Below, piece after piece: positions 1 through 12,573 of a DNA stretch of 64,000 nt (its first letter is position 1; each line of letters opens with the position of its first letter). Source of the DNA: Marsupella aquatica (lineage: Eukaryota > Plantae > Marchantiophyta); the NCBI GenBank assembly GCA_973895155.1, contig OZ316894.1:2806457-2870456 (forward strand), given 5' to 3'. Position numbers and translations under genes: made by a program. Below the pieces are notes generated by a model. The model did not search any database. It saw only the letters and a program-made list of their open reading frames with translations, and was not told the origin of the DNA.

Positions 1-6
1 TATGTA

Positions 7-122
7 CATTCAATCGAGACCCACATTCAATCGAGAGTCCTGCCATCGGGCCTGCCATGCCAAGGTGCGATCCATTCAATCGAGAGCCCTGCCATGCCAA
101 TCTGCTTCCCCTGCCATGCCAA
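7..122. repeat. Short degenerate tandem repeats (CATTCAATCGAGA x3, CCTGCCATGCCAA x3), probably transposon-internal
   Basis: Motifs read directly in the first 122 nt; the element is truncated by the window edge. Confidence 0.5.
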
Positions 123-2722
123 GGTGTGAAGCTGCCTTTTTGCTTCTCATCCCAGAATTAGCGCAACCTCAGGAAGTGTCGATAGCCAGGCCAGGTTAAG
201 GAAGGAAGGATGGAAAAACTATGCAGCCAACTTAACTTCCGTTAATGAAAGACCTAGCCAACTTAAGTTCCGTTAATGAGAGACCGGAATCCATTTATGC
301 TGTCAATGAAGGTCGCCATGACACTGTAATTTGTCTGTGTCCATTAGGGCCGTCGAAGCAAACGTTTGTGTCCATGGGAGCTTTAAGTTCCTGTGACTTT
401 CTATTGATTAGTAAAACATACATTTAAAAAACGGAAATGAAATCAATATGTTTCTCCTCTCATGAAGGTGGTTGTATATAAAGTTACCTTCTTCCCAATT
501 CAACATGATCATTATGATTCTACACTTATGGGTTTTTTCTTTCTTTCCATTTGCCATTAAAATTGATGAGAATTTTGTTTTTGTCATTACTAGACAAATC
601 ATGATGAATAAAGTACATTTTGCAAACAAAAAGTATACTTGTCTCCCCACAAAACAATTAAAAAACCAATCCTATAAATAGTTTTTGAGTTTATGAATTT
701 GTTTGCTAGTGATGTCAACTTTTATTATGCAAACTTCAAATACTTTAAATTAAAAACATCTCATAATTTTAAAGACAAGTCCAATGCATAATTATCCATT
801 GCACAAAATGTTGTGAGACAATGAAGTGCAGGTGATTGCCTAGCTCCTGGTCTCCAAGATAGCTCGTTGCTCACCCTTGTGATGAATAATTTATCACTCA
901 AACAAGTGAGGTGATAGCTACACTCAGTGACAAGTTGCAATGTGAATTACACAGAGAGGTGAAAAGAACATGAGAGAGGTGGAGACAAACAAAGGATGAC
1001 AATATTATGTACCATGCTAAAAGCTCTTTCCAAATTCTTGGCACTCTATTTGGGCACATCATAGAGTTTTGGCAGACTTGATGACCAAGAAAGACCAAGA
1101 AAGAGAGCTAGTAAAACAAACAAATACAATATTACCAATGTGTAAAAAAACATTGAGCTGGACCCGCATACTAGTTACATTGAGCAAGCTATTCCTTAAA
1201 TTAATTTTGTATTCTAGGAACTTAAGTCACTAAGTTGGCCTAATAAAGTTTTTAACCTGACTAAATTAATCTTACCTAACCTGTTTAGGTACCCAATTGT
1301 CTTGACCTTCTATTACCTACTATGCATTTTTCTCTTCTAACCCTACTTTTGCTAACTGTGGTTACTTCTACTATAGTTACTCTATTTTTTAAACTTTAGT
1401 TGACAACTACTACTTAATCTGGCATCCAACACTGCCACTTTTTGGCCCTTTGAGGCTTCTATTGCCGTTTGGCGTGTTGGTTCCCCCCATCCATGGGGTT
1501 CACGGGGAATAAAATTGAAAATTAAATTATAATAAAAATTTATACTAATGGCATTTAAAAATCCAATTTTATATTCAACAAGATATTTAAGAATTTGTCA
1601 AAGTCGTATAATAAAAGGTGTAAGGATTTTTTTAATTGAATTTATTTTTTCAAATTTCATTGGTTTGTTCTCATGTGTTTTAAGGGTTTTACTCTAAGTG
1701 ATTCCTAGGGTGCCGTGGGTTGTCATTACCCTAGACTCTGGATACCGGATAATGATGGAGCAACTCCATGCCTGGGCTTCCACCCCATAATGATGTTCTA
1801 AAGAGACAAGGGGCTGATCCCACTAGAAGAAATTGACCCATTTCGATACCTGAATATGTCAGTCTTTTTGGTTTTTGTGACTTCATCGTGACCCTGGTTG
1901 CTCGACAAAATATGGATACCCAACCCAAGCAAAGGCAATGAGGTGATGCATAATCTAGAACAAGAGTTTCAAGAAGATCTAGAAGAGAGGCAAACAATCT
2001 GTCGGACACCCCTATGAGCAAAAGAGGTCAAGATCTAGTTTGTTAGAAGATATTAAAAAAAATACATTAATTTGTTAATATTTGACCTACTGATGAATTT
2101 GAAAGCATGATTCCTCAAAGATTTTGGCTTGCAAAAGCAATCAATTGTGTCGTAAGAGATCCTGACAATGCTCATGTTGGAGAGTTTCAATTAAGTTGAA
2201 TGGTGGCGCCCTCTTCATCGTAGGAGTTCAGCAACCAAAGCAGAAAGATATTAGAACTCTTTTAGTTCAATTAAAGCAAACGTGGCAAAGGGATCCCAAC
2301 TAGCTCAACCCCCCAATCACCCACAATTGGATGCTTGCAACTTCAACCATCACTGAATGGACATCCAAATAAAAAACAAAGGCAAAAGTTCTTGCTAGAG
2401 TTTTGGAAAGTGTGAAGGTTTACATCACAGGAACGGTTAAGGAGAACTAGAAATCGTGCTCAACATGAGACTTGTGTGGAAGATCCTTGGCAATGCGTGT
2501 TTTGTGCCAATCTCCTTCCACATGACACACGGGATGATGTGTGACGAGGCCAGGTTCAGAACTGAGGGATGATAGTGGTCTACAACCTCAATGTGTCTAG
2601 TGTGGACCTGTGGAGCTAGTTGGTTTCCTATCGCTTTCCACACAAGGCTCAAGTAGGCCAAACTACCTACATCTAGGTCCATCATTACGACATCCTGGAA
2701 TTGAGTATGAACTTGTACTATC

Positions 2723-3010
2723 GGGGATTTCACTTCCACAAAAATGGCACATCACGTGCAACGAAGGACAGGGTAGTTTTATTTGTTTGAAGGGAAGACT
2801 TAAGAATTTTTGTAGAAGAACAATAGGGTCTTTTAAATCCAATTTTGAGACTTATAAGAATATTAGGGTCTTTATAACCAAAATTTTGGAATATGCCAAG
2901 AATATTCCAACTTTATAGGGGTTGAAAATAATTTTTTTCTTACATTTTAGGGAGTCCAAGGCCTATAAATGTCGTAGGGGATGGGGAGGCATCCATATAA
3001 TGAGACCCCC
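2723..3010 (+). mobile_element. MITE-like non-autonomous element, copy 1 (about 290 bp)
   Basis: Starts GGGGATTTCACTTCCACAAAAATGGCACATCACGTG and ends TGAGACCCCC (short TIR GGGGG(T)TTCA / TGAGACCCCC). AT-rich core shared with 3490-3707 and 20468-20761. Confidence 0.7.
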
Positions 3011-3231
3011 AAGCTTGTACTCAATCTCACAATGGCTGCAACGGCATGCAAGTAGACTTTTGGCTTGAGTTTGTTCCATGTGGCCAGTGTGATGTTTGGG
3101 CCCGCTTGCACTGGCTATATCCCGGCTCAGATAACCCAATCCAAATGATATTTTTCTAGAGCGTCAGTGATTGGAAGAGATTCAAAGCTTGTCAAAGGCA
3201 CGACAACCTTTTGGATCCTGCAATGGCCGAC

Positions 3232-3492
3232 ACCTTTTGGGATGGATGAACATTGAGTGTCCATGTTGTAAAGCTCTTCATTGGATTGAAGAATGCAAGT
3301 CCAAAACGCAACCTATCCATGCTCCACAATGTGTTGTGCCGATGGGAAGGTGGATTTGCCTTCAATTGGTGCTTCTTTGGAGCCTTTGCAGAGTCTGGTG
3401 CAAAGTTTGTTGACCAAAAGTAATGTTGCAGCTACAACCTTTTGGAAGAATATTAGAGGGTACAATAATGTCTTGGCATTTATATCCTTGGG
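3232..3492 (+). pseudogene. Helitron Rep-helicase N-terminal fragment (frameshifted)
   Basis: Two overlapping ORFs read LGWMNIECPCCKALHWIEE / STMCCADGKVDLP...LQSL...FWKNIRGYNNVLAFISLGV. This matches the Helitron motif C-x2-C-x-A-L-H-W...CC-x2-G-K-V-x-L...F-x2-N-I-R-x-Y-N-x3-A-F-x-S-L-G. Cut off by MITE copy 2. Confidence 0.75.
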
Positions 3493-3707
3493 GGTTTCAC
3501 TTTCACAAAAATGACACATCACGTGCGACAATGTATACGGTCTTTTAAATTAAATTTTGAGACTTATAAGAACATTAGGTCCTTATAACCAAATTTTTGG
3601 AATATTTCAAGAATATTCCAGCTTTATAGGGGTTGAAAAATACATTTTTTTCTTACATTTTAGGGGGTCCAAGGCCTAAAAACGTCGTAGGTGATGGGGA
3701 GACCCCC
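3490..3707 (+). mobile_element. MITE-like element, copy 2 (internally deleted, about 218 bp)
   Basis: GGGGGTTTCACTTTCACAAAAATGACACATCACGTG ... GAGACCCCC, with the same core as copy 1. Confidence 0.7.
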
Positions 3708-3979
3708 GAGTTTACTCAATAAGTTTCAAGATTGATAAAAAGGGGGGCAATCATAGCCCATATTCATTTCACATCCAAAAAACTTTACACCATCAAGGCG
3801 GAAGCCTCAACATCTTTGCCTCGCATCCAACGAACTTTAGACCATCAAGGCCTCACCTCAACATGTTTGCCTCGCCTCAACATCTCTGCAGAAACTAATT
3901 GGTCAACCTTAATTTTTGCAGAGATATGGGACAAGGCAGATCTTTGTCTTGCTTGGACATATTTTGTGGAATGCAAGGT

Positions 3980-4002
3980 TATATATATATATATATGCAA
4001 GG

Positions 4003-4044
<42 letters not shown>
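3980..4044. repeat. (TA)n microsatellite, interrupted by a duplicated ATGCAAGGTT
   Basis: Direct reading. Confidence 0.95.
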
Positions 4045-4047
<3 letters not shown>

Positions 4048-4246
4048 ACTATAATAAGATATTCTGCCTTTTTTCATCATTTGTCCCAATATAGAAAAGT
4101 TCATGAGGTCCACAGCCGTTGGATTGGATTGGCTGTTTTTCCTATTTCCCTGACCATTGATGGAGGAAATGTGCACACCTGACTCCCTATGGGCTCGCCC
4201 TCCTTGGGCAGTGCAACGCCCAGGCATAGGGCTGGCATAGGGCTCG

Positions 4247-4256
4247 TATAAATATA
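4247..4256 (+). promoter_or_regulatory. Candidate TATA box of the multi-AP2 gene
   Basis: TATAAATATA about 290 nt upstream of ATG 4537, followed by a pyrimidine-rich, leader-like sequence. Confidence 0.4.
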
Positions 4257-4536
4257 TAACGTCAAATCCTAGACCTAAAGGATCCTGCGTTAAACTCTTT
4301 TGGGGGTTTAACGTGCTATTCCTAAACCCCTGCCCCTTCCTGTTGGGGTTACTCACTCTGGGTTTTCCTCACTCTGGGTTTCCTCACACCTCCACTCGCG
4401 AAAGGAAGGCTCGATCTTAAGTGTCTCCTTCTGGACGCTAATTAACATCTCCTCCCACATTGTCTTGAGAAAGCTGCGAATGATCTGCCTGTCTTGCTGC
4501 GCTGCACCACTGGATCGAGGACCGTGAGCCGGCGCG

Positions 4537-7500
4537 ATGGCAGCTGCCCCGAGCTTATTGGCAGCCAACGGGAGCAGCGTGACATTGGCTTCCTCAGCTC
4601 GGAGTCCCAAGCTCGTCGCTACTCTTCATGAGTCTCCCTCCTCCTCCTACTCCTTGCAGCAGCAACTGTGGCATTCGCAGAAGCAGTGTGGCTTTGGCTC
4701 GGTGTGCTGCGGCTCTAGACATGGAACTCTGGATTCGAGTAAGTTTCTCTCCCAGGCAATTGCTGTAATCGGGGTTTAGATTTCGCTGTGTACCACGGAA
4801 TTTAGTGTACCTCAGTGAGTGGTGGCCCTTTCTGGTTGATACGCCCTTGTGCATTATTTTCGGACGACGAAGTACGGTTTTTGTTGCGTCCATCTCTGTG
4901 CCTCCCCCTCTGAGACTAATCTCGTGCGGGTAGGTCTTCAATTGTGATGCACTTGTGTCCATAAATCTCTTTCTCGAATTCAAAAATATGTAATGCTCAC
5001 AAAATCGAAGCTCTCAAATTGAAGGGAGTTGACGGGAAGGCAATACCAAAACAGGTCTCTGCCATAAGAGGCCTTATTGGTTCATCAATTCAGTCATTCG
5101 GTCATCATTGCATTTGTCACATTGAGGGATGTGAGGGTTAGGGTTAGCAGTCTTAGTGTTTAGTGTCCCTGGCCAGGTGGTGCTACTCTGTGTCCCACTT
5201 TTTGCTCGCTGGTCTGAAGACGTAGGAATGCACCTTGCGCCCTACGGCTTCCAGAAATAAAAGATAGGAATGGATCTGTAAAATTTAGAATTTAGCCAAG
5301 GACATGGGAGATGCAAAGACCTAGGAAGGTTGCTACCTTAAGAGGCCTCACCTTGATTGATTCATTCAGTCAGTCAGTCGGTCATTCATTTGTGTATCCA
5401 GGCGTTGTAAGATTCATTCATTCTCTTATCTCTGATCCCTGATGAGGCTTGTGTCAAATGGGGAGGCTTGAAGCGGACCAGTTATGGTCAGGGGACGGCC
5501 TCTTAATATGGTTGACGTGGTGCTGTAGGATTAAGGAGTGGACGAAATGGATTATGGGTCCGGCGGAAGAGAAGGTGGAAGCTGCTTTGCGAGAAGGCAT
5601 CCGAGCGATTCCCTACAAGTGGTATCAGAAATAACGGCGATTTCACTGTAGTTAGAGCCTTGCCTTGGACAGCATCTGCGATTGCCTCCTCCACCCTTGA
5701 TTCCAATGGCTCGAGATTCCACACCTCGAAAGAAAGGTACATTTACACTTTACAAACGCAACCCCTGTGAGTGTGTAAACCATTACAATTTGAGTCCTCC
5801 ACACCCAGTTGACCTCTGTAGATGCACACAATGGAAGTTTTTGAAACAAAATTTGCATCTCTTCTATGTCTTGCTTCTAAATTAGTCCTGTCGGTAGGCT
5901 TAAAAATGGGAAGGATCGATGGAGGGCACTGATCCACCACAGAAGAATTTGTTGTGTTCCTCTTTTTTTTCATTTGGACAGGGTAGAGTGCATGATGTGC
6001 TGCTTTATTTCTCAGGGCTGTCTCATTCTCCTAAGTTTACTATGTATGCCTCGGGGCAAAATAGTGGGAAATTGGGGGAGGATATGGACAACTTTGAAAT
6101 AAGATATAAGTAACAAGGCAACTACTCATCTTATCCAGATAGGGCTGCAGAAAACATCGGTGAACGGTTTTTCTGGATCAAGAAGATTCTGACATTTCTC
6201 ACATTTTGTGATCTAAAATCTGTGGGAGTACTAAGTTCTTCTAACATTAACCACTGAAATGATCTTTCACAGATGGAACTTCGATCGTCTTTTGTTTTAA
6301 CTGAGGCTGACATCTAAGTGGGTTTCATGTTCATGATTGGGAAGAAAGACTCTCTGTCAGCAATTATATTCCAAATTTTAGTGAAGAAGTATATGGGAGT
6401 GACCCTCCCGAGGTTGCTGAATCTCGCATCGCACAAGGTAGTCTGGTTCTCCTCCCCCTCTTCCTTTTCCTCTAGTTCTGGTGTCTAGATACTTAAGCAG
6501 CATATGTTCTCGCTATGAGTTAAGACACAATGCTTCTAAAAATTTAAGTCCAGGTCTAAATAAGGTCACGGTGACCGAGAAATATTTTGTGGTTTAATTT
6601 TATCTGCAGAAGCACCAAAAACCAACGACAAGCTCATCGGGATTCAGCCAGTTCGTGGTAGATTTGAAGTGAGACTGCAGAAGGATCGGCATGCCCATAC
6701 TTTGGTATTTTCTTCTCAGAAGGAAGCAGCGAAGGCTTATGACAAGTGAGAGCATCTCTGGATTTTCCATGCATTCTCATCAGGATATTGTTGTCGCCTC
6801 TTGTTTAAACGCGGGTTCTCTCAACCTTTGGAATATGACTTGTAGGAAGAACATCACCAAAGCTAATCGTAGCTTGTTTACCTGATCTACTCTCGGACAA
6901 CTTCCTCAACTTCCTTTGATTTTCCCAAGCCCTGTTTGAAGTCAGCTGACTTTTTTGCCACCTTGCAGGGCTGTCTACAAACTTGAGGGTCCTTCTGCAG
7001 AAACCAATTTTGAATTGACAGAGAAGGAACGGTTGCACGTCGACAGGATAGAGTGGGAAGACTTACTGCTAGAAATGCAGCTCCAAGATCTTGCTCAAAA
7101 TTCCCCATGTGTGTAGGTTAAACCTTGACTTCTTTTTCTGATGTCAATAATGCTTCATTCGGCACATTTTCTATGTTATGATCCTTGATATTCAATTTGG
7201 GGGCATGGACAGGTCACATTTGCAAGTGATCGTATGCAATGTATAACACTCTGCGGGGAAAAAAGCTGAGTGTGAATTATTTTTATCATTCCGTGGAATG
7301 TTATGTCCGTCGATGTCCTCTGGCAGGGAGTTTTGTGTAACTAATCCACATGATTCAGTTGCTTGTGGTATTTGATAACTGGCATGTGTGCCGGATTGAT
7401 GGCTTCATGGCTGAAATGTTGTTAGCATGTGCCGCAGCTCGGCTGGGATTTCCAGGTGTCTATTATAAAGAAGAGGATCAATTGTGGTTGGTGAAGATAA

Positions 7501-9143
7501 GGCACGGGAGTAAAGCTTATGTTGGTTATTTTTCTTCAATGGCTGAAGCGACAAAGGCTTATGATCTGTGAGTCCCTCCTACTTACAGAATATTCATCAT
7601 AGCTGTGCAGGCATCGCAGTCAGTGTGAAACCCTCTACCGTGGACCATGTTCAACTGAACGTACTCATTTAGGTCGTCAAAATCCTTAAGTCACTAACGA
7701 AACTGCTAAAAAACAGAATTTTGAGAAAAATTTGTCGGTCAACCTGCTGTTTAAATATGATGTCATTGACTTGGGACTACCCATTCATCCTATGACAACT
7801 AATGAGGAAGATTTTGCTGAAAATTCTTTCCATTTTCTCGTTTTGACTGGGTTCAATTCTGTTCCTAGTCGTTTACATATTTGGACAGGACAATGTTATG
7901 GTAACAAAGACCCCAAATCTTGAATGAAGACAAGAGCTGAATTGTGTGATGACGTGTGTGACACTGAAACGTTATAATATCGTGGAGTGATCTTCAGAGC
8001 AGCTTACAAACTGGAGGGGAGAGATGCCTTGCTGAGCCGCCCTCTTACTTCATCTGAACGGGTGGAGTTGATGAACCATGATTGGGAGTCACTGGCGGCT
8101 AAGCTTGGTTTGAAGGTTTCTGCTGCGAGGAAAAGAGGTACTCGTCATAGCTACACATAGATTTTGTGGATGCAGACAAGCTGTGAATTCTTACGCACGA
8201 AGGCTTAGTTTAAACCCTTATCTCTAGTTGAAAGAGGATTTAAAGCACGCGGTCTACAAGATGCGTAATTCCTGTTGTCTCTCGCAAACACCTGCTCAAC
8301 ATAATTTAGACCGGTGATGCAACATAAAAGAATAAAGGTTCTTACGAAAAATTCGGTTGCGTCCTGTGGTGAGGAGCTGAATATTTTAGAATTCAATTTC
8401 AATTTTAGGATCCAATTGACTTCATTGCTTACAAGTTCGTCTTTCACTGTTAATAATTGGTAAACAAAGAATGATCTCTGAAGTTTATCAAGTCCTTTCA
8501 ATATTGCAGGAGTAACCGAGTGTCGCGGTGTACGACTTCGACCTTCAGGAAACTATCTTGCAAGCTTTGCTCATAAAGGTTACTACTTTTACTTAGGAAC
8601 ATTCGACACAAAAGATGCAGCAGCGAAGGCATATGATTTGTAAGTTTCATTTGAAGGAGCATGTTGTGTTCTAAACTGGTAAAATGGAACTTGACTGTGT
8701 TTATCAGAATGTTTTCGGAAATCACCCCGTACTGTTTAGGCTGTATTAATTCGCTGTTCCATTTGGTTGTGTCAGCAATTTGAATTTGTGTTAACAATGC
8801 AAATTTTATCAATAACAGCTAGTACTCAATGAAATCTTACTGATCATTGACCTTTAACATTACTCACTTGTAATCTTTGTTTCTGTGGATCTAATATTCG
8901 GGTTCGGGTGGTGCAGGTTTGCATTCAAGCTCCTTGGTGAAAATGCTAAAGTCAACTCGGAGCTTCTTTCAGATGAAAAGGAGTTCTTATCTACAATCTC
9001 TACATTTCGCCTACGCAATCATCTGGCATCTGAAGCTATTATCGCTCCAAAAATATGTGCGCCTCTCATCTCTGGCTCCTTACTTCATAGCAATCAGTTG
9101 TATAGTGGTTTCCATTTTTTCTACATCACAAGTGTGGAAGAAG

Positions 9144-9175
<32 letters not shown>

Positions 9176-11734
9176 TAATGAACTACTATTCACCTCTGCA
9201 GTACATCTGGGTGCCCGAGGAGCGCGACTAGTGCAAGGTCAGTGGGAAGTATGCTTGGAAAACCCCAGGAAGGATCGGATTTATACATCCTCTGTATCAA
9301 GTGAACAAGAAGCACTAAAAGTTCATGACATGTGAGTCCCACCCTTATCTATACGCAAGAAAGTAACACCTCAAACTGTCTATGAGTGGTCCTCGGTGAT
9401 TAAGAATAGACCAAGTAGCCTCTACTGATTTTGATATTCAGGGAGTACTTGGTGTGATCTTACATTTTGGAGTTCTCTGTCTTGGTTGGGCACCTCAAGG
9501 TTTTAATTCATGATTGACTTTCCATATAGAAGCAGACCTACAGCTACATTTGTTTTAATCTCTGGCCACAACTGGAGGGCCAAGATTCAGTTTTTTTCTG
9601 GTTTGACTATTGTCTTCGTTGTGGACATTGCAGGGTAGTGTCCAAACTTCACAATGGAATGGCAAGGACATATACTGAGTTAACTGAATCAGAACAGCGG
9701 GAAGTTGAGTTGGCAGATTGGACATCTGTAGCATCCAAGTTTGGACTTCGGCAGATGCCTTCATGTACTTGGCCTCCTTTTATCATTGCCATTTTATTTT
9801 CTTGTGTCTTCCAATTTTGATCTACGTTTCTCACGTGGTCGCCCTTCTTGCCAAATTTTACTTTTACTGTCCCTGCTAATGACCCAGTTTTCTGTGTAAT
9901 CCTCCCCTTCCTCTGGAATACTGGAACTGTAACCTAAACATCTACATGATGTTTTCATGTCTCTCTATCAGAGTGGGGTTGGTATCAAAATTAAGCATGG
10001 GCCACCTTGATGTGATGAAATAGTTAATTTTGATGCCTGTTTTGAATGTAATACCATTTTTGTGCAGATCATGGGGTCAACAGGTTAATTTCTGGCTTCT
10101 GGCAGAGCTACATTCGCCACGGTGGTGCTTATCTTGCTATCGGGACATTTGATTCAGCTGAGACTGCAGCTCGATGTTCAGACAAGTGAGTCGAACGTTA
10201 AGATGTTTTTGGTTGTTGTAAGTTCTTGCAATGTCTCCTCTGCAGTCTAAAACATGTCTTATTTATGTTATCCTACCATTTTCAAATAATACCTGAACTA
10301 CAGGTGTGAGTACAAACGGCTGGGAAAGACAGCTATACTTAATTTCCCTCTATCTGATCGACAAAAGCGAGAAATCGATGCTGTCGATTGGGGCACCCTC
10401 ATAGACGGCTTTCGAGGTATACATCTGATACTGTAGTTGTCACCATTTGGACTTCTTAGTTCTCTAGTAATACACATTAATGGTTTGTGTGGCTGTGCTT
10501 TTTCTTATGATCTCTTCCAAAGTATTCCGTAAGGGCAGTTTCATTATTATAGACTTGAGGAGACAATCAGACCATTTATATACCCAATTGTTTTTGGATT
10601 TCTGTCTAATTCATCCGCTTTTGTATAGAGACTGGTTTAGCTTAAACCACCACTAGCCATATAAAAGGAGAAGTGTCCCCTTTTCACGTTCCTCGCCTCC
10701 ACCGTGAGACTTTGCTCCACAATGTCAGGAAAAAGGTACTAAAAATGGTGAAACCTGGTGGAACCAGGTTTTTGTCATGGCTAGTGGCTCTTTGATGAAA
10801 CCAGTGTGGATCGTGTGACTCGAGTACCCATTAACTGCTCTGTATAGGAACAGTAGGGCTGAATAGCGTTGCTTGTTTGATAATAAGACTCCGGCGTTCC
10901 TATGTGGATACAACAGGGTCAATCACTGCAATGATTCTTCGACAAGTGGCCATGTATCTCTGCTAAATTGCGAATGGTGACATGTGCAAGTAGACTTTCA
11001 GAATTTTGACAACAGTGGATTCAAGCTAAACTGGTTGTCTAAGTAGTACTTGAACATCGTTCTTGCAGCGGAGCAGAGGCCGTCACCTGTGTTAACGAAG
11101 CTGGGGGGGACTTCGGCTATCTCCTCCCCTAATGTGTCAAGAGACAAGAAGTGGATGCTGTTGTTGTGTCATGAGCAAATTCTCCAGCAACAGGTATAAT
11201 TTCTTGTGTCCTTTCGGAGTTTCTTTTCTTGCGTGTGTTGGGGGCGGGGGAGAGGATTTATTTTCTGGTTTTGGGGTAGTTTTGGTTGTTTGTTTGTATG
11301 CGTGTCTCTAAATTAGTGCACAAGACTTAATGTTGAATTCTGTCAATCCCGTTCCATTCTTCTTCCCGTAATTCTTCTCTTGCCTTCTGTTTACTTTCTG
11401 TTACCAGATGACAAGGAGAGCACCAAAAATAGGAAGACAGTTGGTGGTTGCCAACTCTGCCCTGGCTGCCCAGTTTTCAGAGTTCAACAGAAGAGCAGAC
11501 GAATCTCCCATGCCAGTAGATGAAGTGATGGAAGGAAGCAACACTCCTCTCCTGTGGCAGTGCTCATGTGGAAACATTGTTCTTAAAGCTCCCATGGGGC
11601 TTCTACAGGCCAACCAAGTTCTGTGCAAATTGCGCGGGTGTACAGCTAAACCCCAAACTCCCAGAAGGATGAGCCTCAAGAAAAGAGTTCTTTCGGATTC
11701 TAATGGAACTTCAAGAAGGATAAGCAATCCATGA
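4537..11734 (+). CDS. Predicted plastid-targeted protein with five tandem AP2-like domains and a C-terminal DUF4379-like zinc ribbon (15 exons, about 748 aa)
   Basis: Exons 4537-4738, 5529-5736, 6361-6437, 6610-6745, 6969-7108, 7438-7567, 7998-8137, 8510-8639, 8917-9056, 9202-9331, 9634-9764, 10068-10185, 10304-10416, 11069-11193, 11408-11734. All are GT-AG with compatible phases and sum to 2247 nt with no internal stop. AP2 signatures include CRGVRLRPSGNYLASFAHKGYYFYLGTFDTKDAAAKAYDLFAFKLLGENAKVN and SYHGVNRLISGFWQSYIRHGGAYLAIGTFDSAETAARCSDKCEYKRLGKTAILNFP. The N-terminus is Ser/Ala-rich with a VVRA motif. Exons 2-3 are less certain than the AP2 exons. Confidence 0.85.
9137..9172 (+). repeat. 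(GAA)n microsatellite inside intron 9057-9201 of the AP2 gene
   Basis: About 12 GAA units read directly. Confidence 0.9.
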
Positions 11735-12573
11735 GACATTCTCCTGACGAGTCCTTCACATTAGTCAAATGATTAAAGAGCTGGGTGGTCTCGTATACCA
11801 AAGCTCCCAACAGTGTAAACATATTTGGAATCACCTGTCAACTAGGAATGGAACTGAGATGTAATCTTATCAAACGAGCAAATAAACCTGGCTTAGAAAT
11901 AAGCCAGACCTCAGTTACTTTCGCAGCTTGGGAGCTTCTGTCCTGCTGAAGTTCGGTTAGTTATTTTGGGAGTTGATGGTAGGTTGAAAAATGGGGACTT
12001 GGGACTTCAGAGGGTTCTGACATTCCAGACGGCTATGCCATGGCCCTAAAATAAATTTGTGCCTCCCATGGCTTTCCATCTTGTCCAGATTGAACAGTGG
12101 GTGTTGCGATGTGTGCGGGAGCTTATATGGGTTTGCCCTGTTGAATTTTCAAGTTTGGAGAGGACTACAAGTTCACCGCAAAAGGTCAAGAGTAGGACCT
12201 GTTGAATTTTCCAGTTTTTGGAGCAAATGAGAACAAAATAACCTGAATGTACCTACACTACCCTACAATAAAGGTACTGATGCTGTAACATGAAAGCCAG
12301 ATTTCTTGAACTTGTATTTACACTACGATGGACAACTGAAACTTTCAACATAGGACCAAAACGAACTCCTGCTGTGCCGAAGTGCTTCTATCAAATTCTG
12401 CCATGTAAGCATTTTTCCATGATTTCGATTATCGAATTTATTATGGTGTATTAGATAGTCTCAAAACTATCACACCCGTGGAAGAGTTAGATAGGCCAAG
12501 GGAACAAAATAGCGTCCCCACCAGTGAACAAACTTGAAGTGTTGGAGGCAAGTATGGACCAATAAAAACGTCA

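Noticed and set aside
3732-4356. ORFs with YIYIYI runs
   Set aside because: Translations of the (TA)n microsatellite.
5919-6113. Possible extra exon of the AP2 gene
   Set aside because: Acceptors at 5981 and 6015 give in-frame stops in the required phase; exon 6361-6437 fits instead.
8885-9335. ORFs with poly-E and poly-K tracts
   Set aside because: Read-through of an intronic (GAA)n repeat between two real AP2 exons.
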